A DNA stretch of 64,000 bases from Octopus vulgaris. Lineage: Eukaryota. A program made the position numbers and the translations under genes. Positions 1 to 10,924 of the stretch are shown here, one piece after another (position 1 is the first letter of the stretch; each line of letters starts with the position of its first letter). The notes under the pieces are model-generated. The model had not been told where the DNA came from. It did no database searches and worked only from the letters and a program-made list of their open reading frames with translations. The stretch is taken from assembly GCA_951406725.2 (NCBI GenBank), contig OX597828.1, positions 75,082,001 to 75,146,000 on the forward strand. The letters run 5' to 3'.

Positions 1-306
1 AAATCATTGTCAAAGGCTTGCTGAATTTTCTGGATGGTTTTAGCTTGAGTCTCACCAAATTTTTGACAAAACTTGAAGCCAAACCTCCGCTCAATGTGTT
101 TGGTGAAAATGAAAATCCGACGAGTGTTCACAACTGATCTGTACTCTTGGTGTAACAACAGGGAACTGACATGGCCAACCAGCATGAAAATATTCGTGTA
201 TATGCAGAAAGGATTGTCTCATCGCCCATCAAAAGAATTCTTCCCATGTGGCATTAGTTTTGGTGGGGAAAAAATAAAGTCTGATGCTTTTTGAATGCAC
301 CTCATA
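1..306 (-). mobile_element. mariner transposon 5' end remnant
   Basis: Minus translation KHIERRFGFKFCQKFGETQAKTIQKIQQAFDND resembles a mariner N-terminal HTH; TIR-like end gaggtgcattcaaaaag next to TA. Confidence 0.75.
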
Positions 307-307
307 C

Positions 308-560
308 ATAACTGAGTAATTATACTGTAACAGAGTAATTACAATGTAACTGAGTAATTATAATGCATCTGAGCAATTATAATGTAACTAAGTAATTATG
401 AGCCATTGAGTGATTACATATAAGTGTGGAATTAGTTGTGACTGAGAAATTATATATAACAGAGCATTTGTATGTAAAGTGAGTAATTATAGACAGCTGA
501 GTAATAACATATAACTGAATAATTATATATGGCTGAATAATTACATGTAATTGGGAAATT
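308..560. repeat. Degenerate ~20-bp minisatellite (taactgagtaattat core); further copies at ~845-920
   Basis: Repeated ctgagtaatta motif. Confidence 0.7.
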
Positions 561-1526
561 TTATGAAAAGAATTCTTGTTTTCAACATTAGAATTACATT
601 TTATTAACAACATATTTTTCAAGAAGAAAAGAAGGAAAAAACATTAAAAGTATGGAAGATAAATTATTGAGAAAAAAACACCCCTTTAACTATCTTACAA
701 GGGATAAAAACTAGGGTAGGCTGGGGGGATTAAGCAGCAGAAGATGGGTGGAGAAGGGAGTAGCAGGTTGTGCACCCCAGAACGAATGGTAGCATGTTTA
801 GCTGTGCCTTGTGAACATGATTGCAAATGCATTACAATTACTAGATAATTACAACTGAGTAATTATACATAATGGAGTAATTTTAAGTAATTGAGTGATT
901 ACATGTGATTAATTAATTATGTATTTTATGCTGTAAGCTTTTAAAATCTTGACCACAACTCACAGCCTTCCAGGGGTTTGCAAGGCCTTTGGTTGGGAAT
1001 GGTTACATTAAATAATAAAGTCTTAGACACTGCTAAAGCTATTGGATCGTCATGGCTGGATTAACTTTGATCATAGGTTTGGAGATGAACTGGCTGAAAC
1101 AGAAACAACAACAACAGCTGCATTGAAACCTCATATGGTCATTCAAGCTGTTAGATACTGCAGCCAAATTTTCTTTAAATCACACCCTCATAAATAAAAG
1201 AAGGGCACATTAGCTGATATAGAGACATTGCCAGATCGGATTGGAACCTGGTGCAGTCTCCTGGCTTACCAGTCCTCAAACCGTCCAACACATGCCAGCA
1301 TGGAAAGCGGATGTTAAACGATGATGATGATGATGATTATATATATATATGTCTATTCGTTGATGTTGTCCTAGAATGACAACACCCAGGGTTGCACAAG
1401 TCAGAGAACAGTGAACCTGCTACACACGACAGAGACCAGAGATCAGTGGTGACAACTTGGAGAGAGTGGGGTCTCTCCAATAAGTTTGCATCAGTTAAGG
1501 GACCTTAATGATTAATATATATATAT

Positions 1527-1903
1527 GTTGGTGGCACGTAAAAGCACCGTCCATTCGTGGCCGTTTGCCAGCTCTGTCTGGCCCCGGGTCGGTGGCATGT
1601 AAAAGCACCATCCGTTCGTGTCCGTTGCCAGCCTCGCCTGGCCCCGTGCCGGTGACACGTAAAAGCACCATCCGTTCGTGGCCGTTTGCCAGCTCTGTCT
1701 GGCACCTGTGCAGGTGGCACGTAAAAGCACCCACTACACTCACGGAGTGGTTGGCGTTAGGAAGGGCATCCAGCCGTAGAAACACTGCCAGATCTGACTG
1801 GGCCTGATGAAGCCTTCCAGCTTCACAGACCCCAGTTGAACCGTCCAACCCATGCTAGCATGGAGAACGGACGCTAAATGATGATGATGATGATGATGAT
1901 GAT
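1527..1903 (+). mobile_element. RTE LINE 3' UTR fragment with tandem ~60-bp modules and (GAT)n tail
   Basis: Same sequence as the 3' UTR downstream of the RTE coding remnant at 35089-35853; ends catgctagcatggagaacggacgctaaat(gat)n. Confidence 0.85.
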
Positions 1904-1916
1904 ATATATATATATA

Positions 1917-2303
1917 GATGCAGGAGTGGCTGTGTGGTAAGTAGCCTGCTTACCAACCACATGGTTCCGGGTTCAGTCTCACTGCATGGCACCTTGGGTG
2001 AGTGGCTTCTACTATAGCCTCAGGCCGACTAAAGCCTTGTGAGTGGATTTTGATAGACAGAAACTAAAAGAAGCCTGTCATATATATATATATATATATA
2101 TGTTTGTGCATCTGTGTTTGTCCCCCCACCATCGCTTGACAACCAATGTTGGTGTGTTTACATCCCTGTAACCTAGCAGTTCGGCAAAATATACCAATAG
2201 AATAAGTACTAGGCTCACAAAGAATAAGTCCTAGCATTGATTAGTTGGACTAAAGGCTGTGCTACAGCATGGCCACAGTCAAATGACTGAAACAAGAATA
2301 AAA

Positions 2304-2306
<3 letters not shown>
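1917..2306 (+). mobile_element. tRNA-derived SINE family A (CORE-like, with internal microsatellite)
   Basis: A/B-box-like head gtggctgtgtggtaag...ggttcagtc, ccttggg(c)aagtg core, central (TA)n/(TG)n, tail tgactgaaacaag; about 20 copies in the window. Confidence 0.85.
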
Positions 2307-2340
<34 letters not shown>

Positions 2341-2344
2341 CTCT

Positions 2345-2710
2345 TTTTATTGTTTATTTGTTTCAGTCCTTGGACTATGACCACGGAGGGGTACTGCATT
2401 GAAGGGTTTAGCTGAACAAAGTGACCCAAGGACTTATTCTCTTAAGTATTGTACTTATTCTAGCATCCCCTTTTGACTCACAGTTATGTTATGGGGATGC
2501 AAACAAAATAACAAGAGGGGGCAAGAAGCAAACATGCACACGCACACACATATACAGAGAAAGGGCTTCCACACAGTTTTTAACTATTAAATTAACTCAA
2601 AAGAACTTGTTGCTCAGCGTTATAGAGAAAGTCACACACCCAAGGTGCTGTGCAGTGGGACTGAACCCCAAAACACGCAGTGGCAAAGAGAGCTTCTTAA
2701 CCACATATCC
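2345..2710 (-). mobile_element. SINE family A, degenerate
   Basis: Reverse complement of the family A tail and head. Confidence 0.75.
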
Positions 2711-2880
2711 ATGTGTACACACACACACACACACACACAATTTATTTCAATTATTTCACATGCTTTATTCTAAGCATTCTCATCAAATTAAAATGTTAAG
2801 AATAATTTACTTGGCTGTGTTGGGGACTTTAAATTTATACATATACATACATACATACATACAAACATACATACATACAT

Positions 2881-2919
<39 letters not shown>

Positions 2920-3245
2920 CATCAATATACATGTGTGTTTGTGTGTGTGTGTGTATGTGTTGTGAGTATGTGTTGTGTATATTCCCACCAACAATAAACA
3001 ACTCATTAAAATTAAAGATATATATATATATGAATATACATATGTGTGTGTGTATACAGTCACACACACACACACACACATATGTAAATGCCTGTTTGCT
3101 ACATTTGTATCATGTATATAGCATTATCCCTGCACAACTGTATACTTCATTATATATATATTAACGCACATCCGTATGCATATATGGACACCCATCTATA
3201 TGCACGCATACACTCCATGTATACCCAACCCTATATATAAAGGTA

Positions 3246-3311
<66 letters not shown>

Positions 3312-3329
3312 ATCTATCTAGCAACATTT

Positions 3330-3540
3330 TGGATGTGCAACATTAGCTTGCATGACAGACTGAGCACCATTGAGTTGATAAAGATGCAGGTATTAAAAGC
3401 GTTGGCCGATGTATGCCGGAGAACATGTTGTGCTCCGGTAGTCTGTAAACAGGCGACAGCACCTGCTGCGGGAAGAACATAGTGTGTAGATGAGTGTATA
3501 TATTATTGTCAGAGAGCCAGAGCCAAGGGTGGTGGTTTTA
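3330..3540 (+). mobile_element. Degenerate RTE LINE ORF C-terminal fragment
   Basis: CNISLHDRLSTIEL...GIKS-like translation parallels the RTE remnant at 35089. Confidence 0.5.
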
Positions 3541-3699
3541 AAGCAATGGTTTGTGGTCTGTTAATGGTGAACTTCCCTTTCAACAAATTGTTGATGAGTT
3601 TCGATGTCTACAACTCTTTTTCCATTTAAAGTTCACACACACTCACTCCTGCTCTCACACACACACACTCTCTCTGTGATACACACGGCATGGTATGGT

Positions 3700-4270
3700 A
3701 TAGGCTGTGTGGTAAGAAGTTTACTTCCCAAGTACACGGTTCCTGCATGTCGCCTGGGCAAGTGTCTTCCACTATAGCATCAGGCCGACCAATTGCTTGT
3801 GAGTGGATCTGGTAGATGGAAACTTAAAGAAGCCTGTAGTGTGTGTGTATCATCATCATCATCGTTTAACGTCCGTTTTCCATGCTAGCATGGGTTGGAC
3901 GGTTTGAGCGGGGTCTGGGAAGCCAGAAGGCTGCACCAGGCTCCAGTCTGATCTGGCAGTGTTTCTACAACTGGATGCCCTTCCTAATGCCAACCACTCT
4001 GTGAGTGTAGTGGGTGCTTTTTACGTGCCACCGGCACAGGTGCCAGGGGAGGCTGGTAATATATATATATTATTGTATTTAGGAATGGTCATTTTGTGTG
4101 TGTGTGTGTGTGTGTCTCACCAGTGCTGTGACTTAGCGGTTTGGTCAAAACACTGATAGAATAAGTAACAGGCTCACAAAAGTGCTAGAGTTGATATGTT
4201 CAACTAGAATTTTTCAAAGTAGTGCCCCATCACGACCACAGACTAATGATTGAAACAAGGAAAAGACAAA
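3700..4270 (+). mobile_element. SINE family A interrupted by an antisense RTE 3' end (~3850-4056)
   Basis: Head at 3700, (CAT)n-started RTE tail nested in the central microsatellite, SINE tail to ~4270. Confidence 0.75.
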
Positions 4271-4408
4271 AGATTAATCAAAAGTCATCACTCATAAAAC
4301 AATCTTTTATAAAAAATAAATTTACAAAGGAATGAGGGAAGGAAGTTTTTGTGAAGGCCTTTCTACTGTTTTCAACTTTTCACTCATTTATACATACACA
4401 TGTATATA

Positions 4409-4945
4409 CGAGCATGAGTCAAAAAGTATTGCCATTTTGTTTAGGTCAGGTACAATTACCAACACAGCAACATGTATCATACATCAAAATGAAGCTGGTC
4501 CTCTGTGGATCACATCCCTACTTCTCAACATAGTCCCTGTTTCTCTAAATAGGAATGTTCCACATTCGAATGAGAGCATGTATCCCTGCCCCGTAAAATT
4601 CTGTTGACTGTTCTTTGAGCCACATCTTTACTACAGTTTTCATTTCCTCGTCAGACTATCATCTCTTCGGCCCCATGAAAGAGGGTTTGAGAAGCAAACA
4701 GTATTCCAGGAAGTGAAAACTGTAGTAAAGAAGTGGCTCAAAGAACAGTCAACAGAATTTTACGGGGCAGGGATACATGCTCTCATTCGAAAGTGGAACA
4801 TTGCTATTGATAAAAATGGTGACTATGTTGAGAAGTAGGGATGTGATCCACAGAGGACCAGCTTCATTTTGATGTATGATACATGTTCCTGTGTTGGTAA
4901 TTGTACCTGACCTACACAAAATGGCAATACTTTTTGACTCACCCA
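4409..4945. mobile_element. mariner-derived fold-back element with ~240-bp inverted arms
   Basis: 4409-4648 is the reverse complement of ~4708-4945; the plus strand encodes the mariner C-terminus SDYHLFGPMKEGLR...EVKTVVKKWLKEQSTEFYGAGIHALIRKWNIAIDKNGDYVEK*. Confidence 0.9.
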
Positions 4946-5444
4946 TATCTATCTATCTATCTATCTATCTATCTACATATATGTAAACATATATATATAT
5001 ATATAAATACATATATAAGAAATTGGAATGACAAAGGAATAAACACTTATGTCATGAGCTTCGTTTGCTAACAACTGTTTCTGCTGTAGGATGCACTGCA
5101 CCCATAGTTGGATAGTTGAGTATCACCCTAGAGATTTATTGATGCTTCAAACATGAAGTTACAGTTTATTTGGGAAAAGCATTTACATTCCTGTATCTAC
5201 ACAGAAAAGCATTACAAAGGAAAAAGCATACACACATGTAGGAATTGAAATTCAGTAGATTGAGTGGGAGGTGGCCCTGCCAGAATTAGAGTAAAATAAT
5301 GGGTGTAAGTAGTGGAATATGAGGAATTCCTGTGGTAAGATGTAAAAAGACAGTAAAAGGAAGAATCGGTAGAAAAATAATTTATCCTATGACAAAAAGA
5401 TAAAAACAGATGTATCACAATGCCTAAGTGAAATATATATACAC

Positions 5445-5810
5445 AGGCACAGCATGGCTGTGTGGTAAGAAGCTTGCTTCCCAACCACAGGGTTCTGGAT
5501 TCAATCCCACTGTGTGGCCCCTTGGGCAAGTGTCTGCCACTATAGACTTGGGCTGACCAAAGCCTTGTGAGTGGATTTGGTAGATGGAAACTGAAAGAAG
5601 CCTATCGTATATATATATATATTTGTATGTGTCTGTGCTTGTCCCCTCCCACCATCACTTGACAACTGATGTTGGTGTGTTTACGTCCCTGTGACTTAGC
5701 AGTTTGCCAAAAGAGACTGATAGAATAAGTATTAGACTTAGAAGGAATAGGTCCTGGGGTTGATTTGCTCCTGCATGGCCACAGTCAAACGAAAGAAACA
5801 AGTAAACAAG
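5445..5810 (+). mobile_element. SINE family A
   Basis: Full head, core, microsatellite and tail. Confidence 0.85.
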
Positions 5811-5813
5811 TAT

Positions 5814-5846
<33 letters not shown>

Positions 5847-5904
5847 AATGTATATAGCGGGTGGTTAAAATTTTTCTCCATAACAAAATGCATTGAGAAT
5901 CCTT

Positions 5905-6850
5905 AATCAGCCTAATTTCTGCAGCTCCCAGGGAGCATTACACAATGAGAGATCTTCCCTGTCTGCTGATAGGGTTGTTAACCCTGTCATGAATCTCCTT
6001 CTAGGGCAGGCCCATATCTGTCAGGTTCTTCACCATAAATCCTCAAACCAGCTCTTCACCTCCCACAGACCCTCTTGCTTCCCTTTTGGAATCTCTCACT
6101 GGTCTCTGTAGATATTTATAACACACTAGCAGGGAAATAACTATATAAGCATTTTTAGAGATGTAAAGTATAAAATCCATCTCAATATGGCTAACCACAA
6201 AGGGAGGTGGTGTTACTGTAGCTTTTTACGTTCTGAGATTTAATAATACATTTTTAGAGAGTTACTTCCCTTATATATGCCAAAAATGCATTAAAAATGG
6301 GAAAAAATGATGGTAAATTTTTTTAAAATCGTAGACTCATCGTAGACGTGCACTAATACCCAGAAGGGCTCGATATGAATCACGACTATAAGATACCCGG
6401 TTTTGGTTAAACTGCACCGCAAAATGTGGGAGTAGTTAGAAATCTAAATCGTAGGAGACAGACAGCACACAACCTCACTTTTATATATAAAGATTTCCAA
6501 GTATCTGCTGTCAGCTTAGCCAGACTCTTTTCCATGACATCTTCATCTTTGATCTGGTTGCATCAAGACATTCTTAATGTCATCCAAAAGCAACGTCTGT
6601 GGAAGACATCTGGAGTTCTATAGAGTCTGACAGTCTTTTTCAGTTGAATCTGATAGTTCTATAGAGTCTGATAAACTCACAGACAAAAGGTGCTGCCAGC
6701 AGGACGTGGATGTATGGAGGAAGAGAATACCTAGCACCTTGGCTCATGGAACTCCAAACAGGATTAAGGTGCTGGAAGGTAGCTGCAGCTTGGCCATGCT
6801 TCTTTTCAATTTCAGTTTCTGAGTTGCTATTAATGAAGCTACAGCATTGC
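5905..6850 (-). mobile_element. Degenerate RTE LINE (post-RT region) split by a Helitron
   Basis: Minus translation ETEIEKKHGQAAATFQHLNPVWSS...FHRRCFWMTLRMS*CNQIKDEDVM matches the RTE 'EIxxRIxKAxxAFxxLxxxW...FHxRCLRxIL' pattern; continues weakly at 5905-6110. Confidence 0.65.
6126..6493 (-). mobile_element. Non-autonomous Helitron (3' hairpin deleted)
   Basis: Minus strand A|TC...CTAG|T termini; shares blocks with the element at 34595-34978. Confidence 0.7.
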
Positions 6851-6869
6851 ATCATGATAATTAGATATT

Positions 6870-7056
6870 CATTGTTGTTGTTGATGATGAGTATGATGAT
6901 GATGATGATGATGATGGAGGTGATAATGATGATTATGATGATGATGAACAGTTTCTTCAATCAGCATTTCAGAATTCTCTCTGTGCTGCATTGAATACTC
7001 AAGAGTACTCCTGCTGCTGCTGCTGTTGCTGCTGCTGCTGTTGCTGCTGCTGCTGT

Positions 7057-7094
<38 letters not shown>

Positions 7095-7096
7095 CA
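6870..7096. repeat. (GAT)n and (CTG/TTG)n trinucleotide arrays
   Basis: Direct inspection; (CTG)n with periodic TTG at 7011-7096. Confidence 0.9.
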
Positions 7097-7109
7097 ACTC
7101 ATCTAAATA

Positions 7110-7970
7110 TATTGAAATCCTGACTGTATTTGATTTTAATCTTTTTTCATTAAACATTTTCCAGATTTCCTTATCGGTCCTTCTTAATTTTCTAAGGGAC
7201 TATAAGGATCCTAGGTCTATCACTGTTTCACCTTCATCGCCAAACTGAAGGGATGGATGAAAGGGGTGTTTCTATCATCACGTTTATACCAACAAACAGT
7301 TAGAATCATAGGAATGGTGTTGTAACTAATAAAAACTTCATCTCCACACAGGAAAATTATTGATGGTTAAATACCTGGTTACTTTCATAGCTTAATCCAC
7401 ATCCGCTGTAGCCAGTTAATCTTGTGGTTTAGATTTTATCATTAATAAAATTTCCATTGCTAATTTTCTAATATTTTGTAGAATTTTACACAAGATGTTA
7501 GTGTTATAAACTAAGGATTTTCAACTTAGTTTTGTTCTGTGTTCGGTTATACAATAGGCCATAATGACTTCTTGTTGTAAATGCATGGTTAATCACCAAG
7601 AAAGTGTTGTTGTAGTGTGACCAATATAACTGTTTGACCCATGAAGTTTTATAACTTCCATTTTTATACTGAAATTTGTATATTACAGCATCTGTTATCT
7701 GAAGACTGTTCTTTGGATTTCATGTTTTATGGTTTTGATGAGAATTTTAATTCTGGTTTTCTCTAATATATTCCAACTGTTAGTTTCAGCTTAGGTGTGA
7801 TACATGCTTCAGTCTGTTTATGAATGTTTTTATAATGTATTTATCCATTCTATCACTTTGTTGCATTTGGTTTATAATCTGGTTTATGTGCAACTTGGGT
7901 GTTTTCACCGAGTGTTGAATCTTTTGTCTCAATCTAGGTGGAGTTCTTTCTGTATTGGTCTACAGCTGGA
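7110..7970 (-). mobile_element. Penelope-like retroelement remnant (GIY-YIG endonuclease)
   Basis: Minus translation SLQITDAVIYKFQY...YIGHTTTTLSW*LTMHL is the Penelope VIY...YIG motif; frameshifts and stops present. Confidence 0.8.
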
Positions 7971-8974
7971 TACCCTCCTTTCTTCTGTCTATCTGTCTAT
8001 CACTCTATATATGTATGCATACACACACATGTATGCATGCATTCATATGGAATAAGCACACATATATATTTCATATATACACATGTGTATACACAAACAC
8101 ACACACATATGTATGCTTCCATACACATGTATATATATACGCGCATGTATATATATATGCTTACATACACATATGTATGTATATATGCACAAATATGTGT
8201 GTATATATCTATCTATTTATCTATATATATATATATGTACTACCAAATGAATGCTTATAAATATATAGAGAAAGAGAGAGATGTACATACTTATATACGC
8301 TTACATATGCATCTCATACAAACACACAGACTATTAAAGGCATGCACAAGCAATTACACACACACACACGCGCCAACATAATCAGACCAACAATAACTTT
8401 CCTGCTAACATACATAATTCTAACATACCAAAAACAACAACAAACAAACAAAAAAAAAACAACAACAAATGACACCCCTCCATAAAAAACAAAAAAAAAC
8501 AAAGAAACAAAAAAAAAAATCACTCAAAAACACTAACAAAAAATATAGGCATTAAAATGTCTTTTAACTGTAAATTGAAAACAAAAACAAACATACACAC
8601 AAACAACCACTCGGAATAAAAATTCCATTATCTGAGTAGTTTTTTTTTTTACCGTTTTTCTGCAAACTGATTAGTAAATAACGAAGTCTGAAACACAACC
8701 ACCATTTTTACTGCTTTTTTTTTCGCTCTCTGTGGTCTTTTGCTTTTTTTCCTGTTTTTTTTTTCCTTCTTCAACCACTTTTATGTGAGAAATTTTCAAT
8801 TTTTCTCTCCAATAGTCCATAAACACTGACATAGATGTTGGTATCATTTATGGTATACTTGGAATTATGTAAATATCCTTGTGTATAATAATAACAATAA
8901 AAATAATAATAATAATAATAACAATGCTGACTGAAACAGGTGACGGATGGTGGTGGTGGTGGTTGTGGTGGTGG

Positions 8975-9112
8975 TGATAGGAGACGAAGACCAATTGTGC
9001 ACATATTGATGTCAGGGACAACCAAGAAGTAAAAATGTCACCAAATCTAAGGTAAACAACTTCCTCTGATGCTAATGTTCCACTCACAGAAATAGAGAAA
9101 ATATTCACATAA

Positions 9113-9143
<31 letters not shown>

Positions 9144-9300
9144 CGCACACACGCAAAGAATCAGGAAGGAAAGAAAAGCATATGTAAGGAATGAAAACAG
9201 AAATAATCCCTGTAATGATAGCTACCTTGGGAATGATTAAAAAATATGGAGAGAGAAATATAGATTGTAACACCTTTGGCACTAAGTCTGACATTCCAAT
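8975..9300 (+). mobile_element. Degenerate R4/Dong-type (RLE) non-LTR retrotransposon 3' fragment
   Basis: Translations ...SDANVPLTEIEK and MKTEIIPVMIATLGMIKKY match the RLE C-terminus; interrupted by (CA)n. Confidence 0.6.
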
Positions 9301-9608
9301 GTCTATGTCCTTAACGGTCCTATTGTATAAATAGCATTCATAAAATCTACACATATATACATATATTTAAACACATACAGGTATATATACACAGACAGCA
9401 CAAACATTTATCCATATGCATACACACACCCATGTATAAATACATGTGTATATATATATATATATATATTCACAGATATTAAAATACAGACACATGTGTG
9501 TATATATATATATATATATATAATGTTCACAATATCTGTATGCACATGTATGTTATGTAGGCATATCACACATATTCTGTGTGTGTATATACACATACAT
9601 ACATACAT

Positions 9609-9658
<50 letters not shown>

Positions 9659-9876
9659 TTTATGGCCTGTATTGCTGTCAGTTGTATTTATTCTTCTTCC
9701 TTCATGTCTGTTTCTCCTTCAAACTAAAACATCTGATGAGATTGATTGTTGGAAAAATTACATTTGCAGAAAAAGAAAATACAAACCAAAAACAAAACAA
9801 TACAGAGCAAAAAAAAAAACATCATCAACAATAACAACAACCACCACAACAGAAAAACAACACATAAGAACATAAC

Positions 9877-9930
<54 letters not shown>

Positions 9931-10013
9931 AGTGTATGTGTAGGTATATATCTATATATATATCTATATATATATGTATATATATATTTGTGTCTATATG
10001 TGTATATATTTAC

Positions 10014-10161
10014 CTGCAGCCTTCATTTTTGCGCTCGTATGAATCCATTGACTGTGCAGCACTTTGGTAAATTCTCATTTCATCTTGTAGCATCGTCTGG
10101 CAACCATAGGCAGTCTCATTTACTATTGTCTGTTTCCAACAGTCTGAGTAACTCAAAAATT
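10014..10161 (-). CDS. Internal exon C of the same gene (EFLSYSDCWKQTIVNETAYGCQTMLQDEMRIYQSAAQSMDSYERKNEGC)
   Basis: Polypyrimidine tract then gaag| acceptor (in-frame alternative cag| acceptor 18 nt downstream at 10143); CAG|gtaaat donor; phase 1 in matches exon B; N-glycosylation sequon NET. Confidence 0.8.
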
Positions 10162-10924
10162 CTTCAAGGGGGGACGAAAAATAGCAGGAAATGAAAAAAA
10201 GAAAAATAAATACAATTATAATAGAAAAAACAAAAAACAATACATATATAAAAAAAAGAATGAAATAATAAAATTAAAGACAAAAAAATAAACAACAACA
10301 GTGTGTGAATAATCTGGCAGAGTCTGACATTTTGGAGATTGTCTTTTCATTCAAGTGAAAAAAGGAGAATAAAAACCCTGTGAAATTCATGTTTGCTCTT
10401 TTTCTGATGAAAGATTAATTACCAAAATGTCAGCTTTCCCTTTTCCCTTTGAAATACAAAATTGTTTAAACTAACGAATTTTACTGGTGTTGTTGTTGCT
10501 GTTGTTTACGCCTAGACCAGTGCCGACCATGAGCAGACCTAAAATCAAAGACGTTCCTGTACCATGACCATCCAATCTGATTCTACTTCTGAGTGACACT
10601 ACAGTCTTCAATGTATTTTACTGTTTAAAAAAACACTAGATTATGATTTGCTCACTATTTCTAGCAGATCAAGCCACTGCACAGAGACCTCCCCTATTTG
10701 CTTGTACCACTATCACTACTAGTACTACAACCACTCCTCCTGCTCACCCCACCCATTTGTTCAAAACCCTCTCTCTTCACTCAATATCATTTCACCCCCT
10801 TTTCATTCAATATCCATGCCCCCTCTCACTCTTCTATTCAATATATTTCCTCTCCTCCTCCCCTGCCCCCGGTTCCATTATGTAATTTCAACAAATATTT
10901 GCCTGATTTTTACCAAAACTGTGA

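Noticed and set aside
1620-1700. Resemblance of gccagcctcgcctggc to the HDV ribozyme P3/L3
   Set aside because: No P2 partner strand or J4/2 catalytic C context can be placed; twister consensus is also absent.
1917-1990. tRNA genes at SINE heads
   Set aside because: A/B boxes only, no complete cloverleaf, and always followed by SINE body.
6991-7248. Poly-Cys/poly-Ser/poly-Gln ORFs
   Set aside because: Triplet repeat with no splice signals or flanking coding context.
8848-9354. 168-aa minus ORF as the next exon of the Cys-rich gene
   Set aside because: Antisense of an R4/Dong remnant plus microsatellites; poor GAG acceptor.
9700-9742. Possible terminal exon (RCFSLKEKQT*) after exon C
   Set aside because: In phase but very short, and it does not complete the expected Cys pattern; unsupported.
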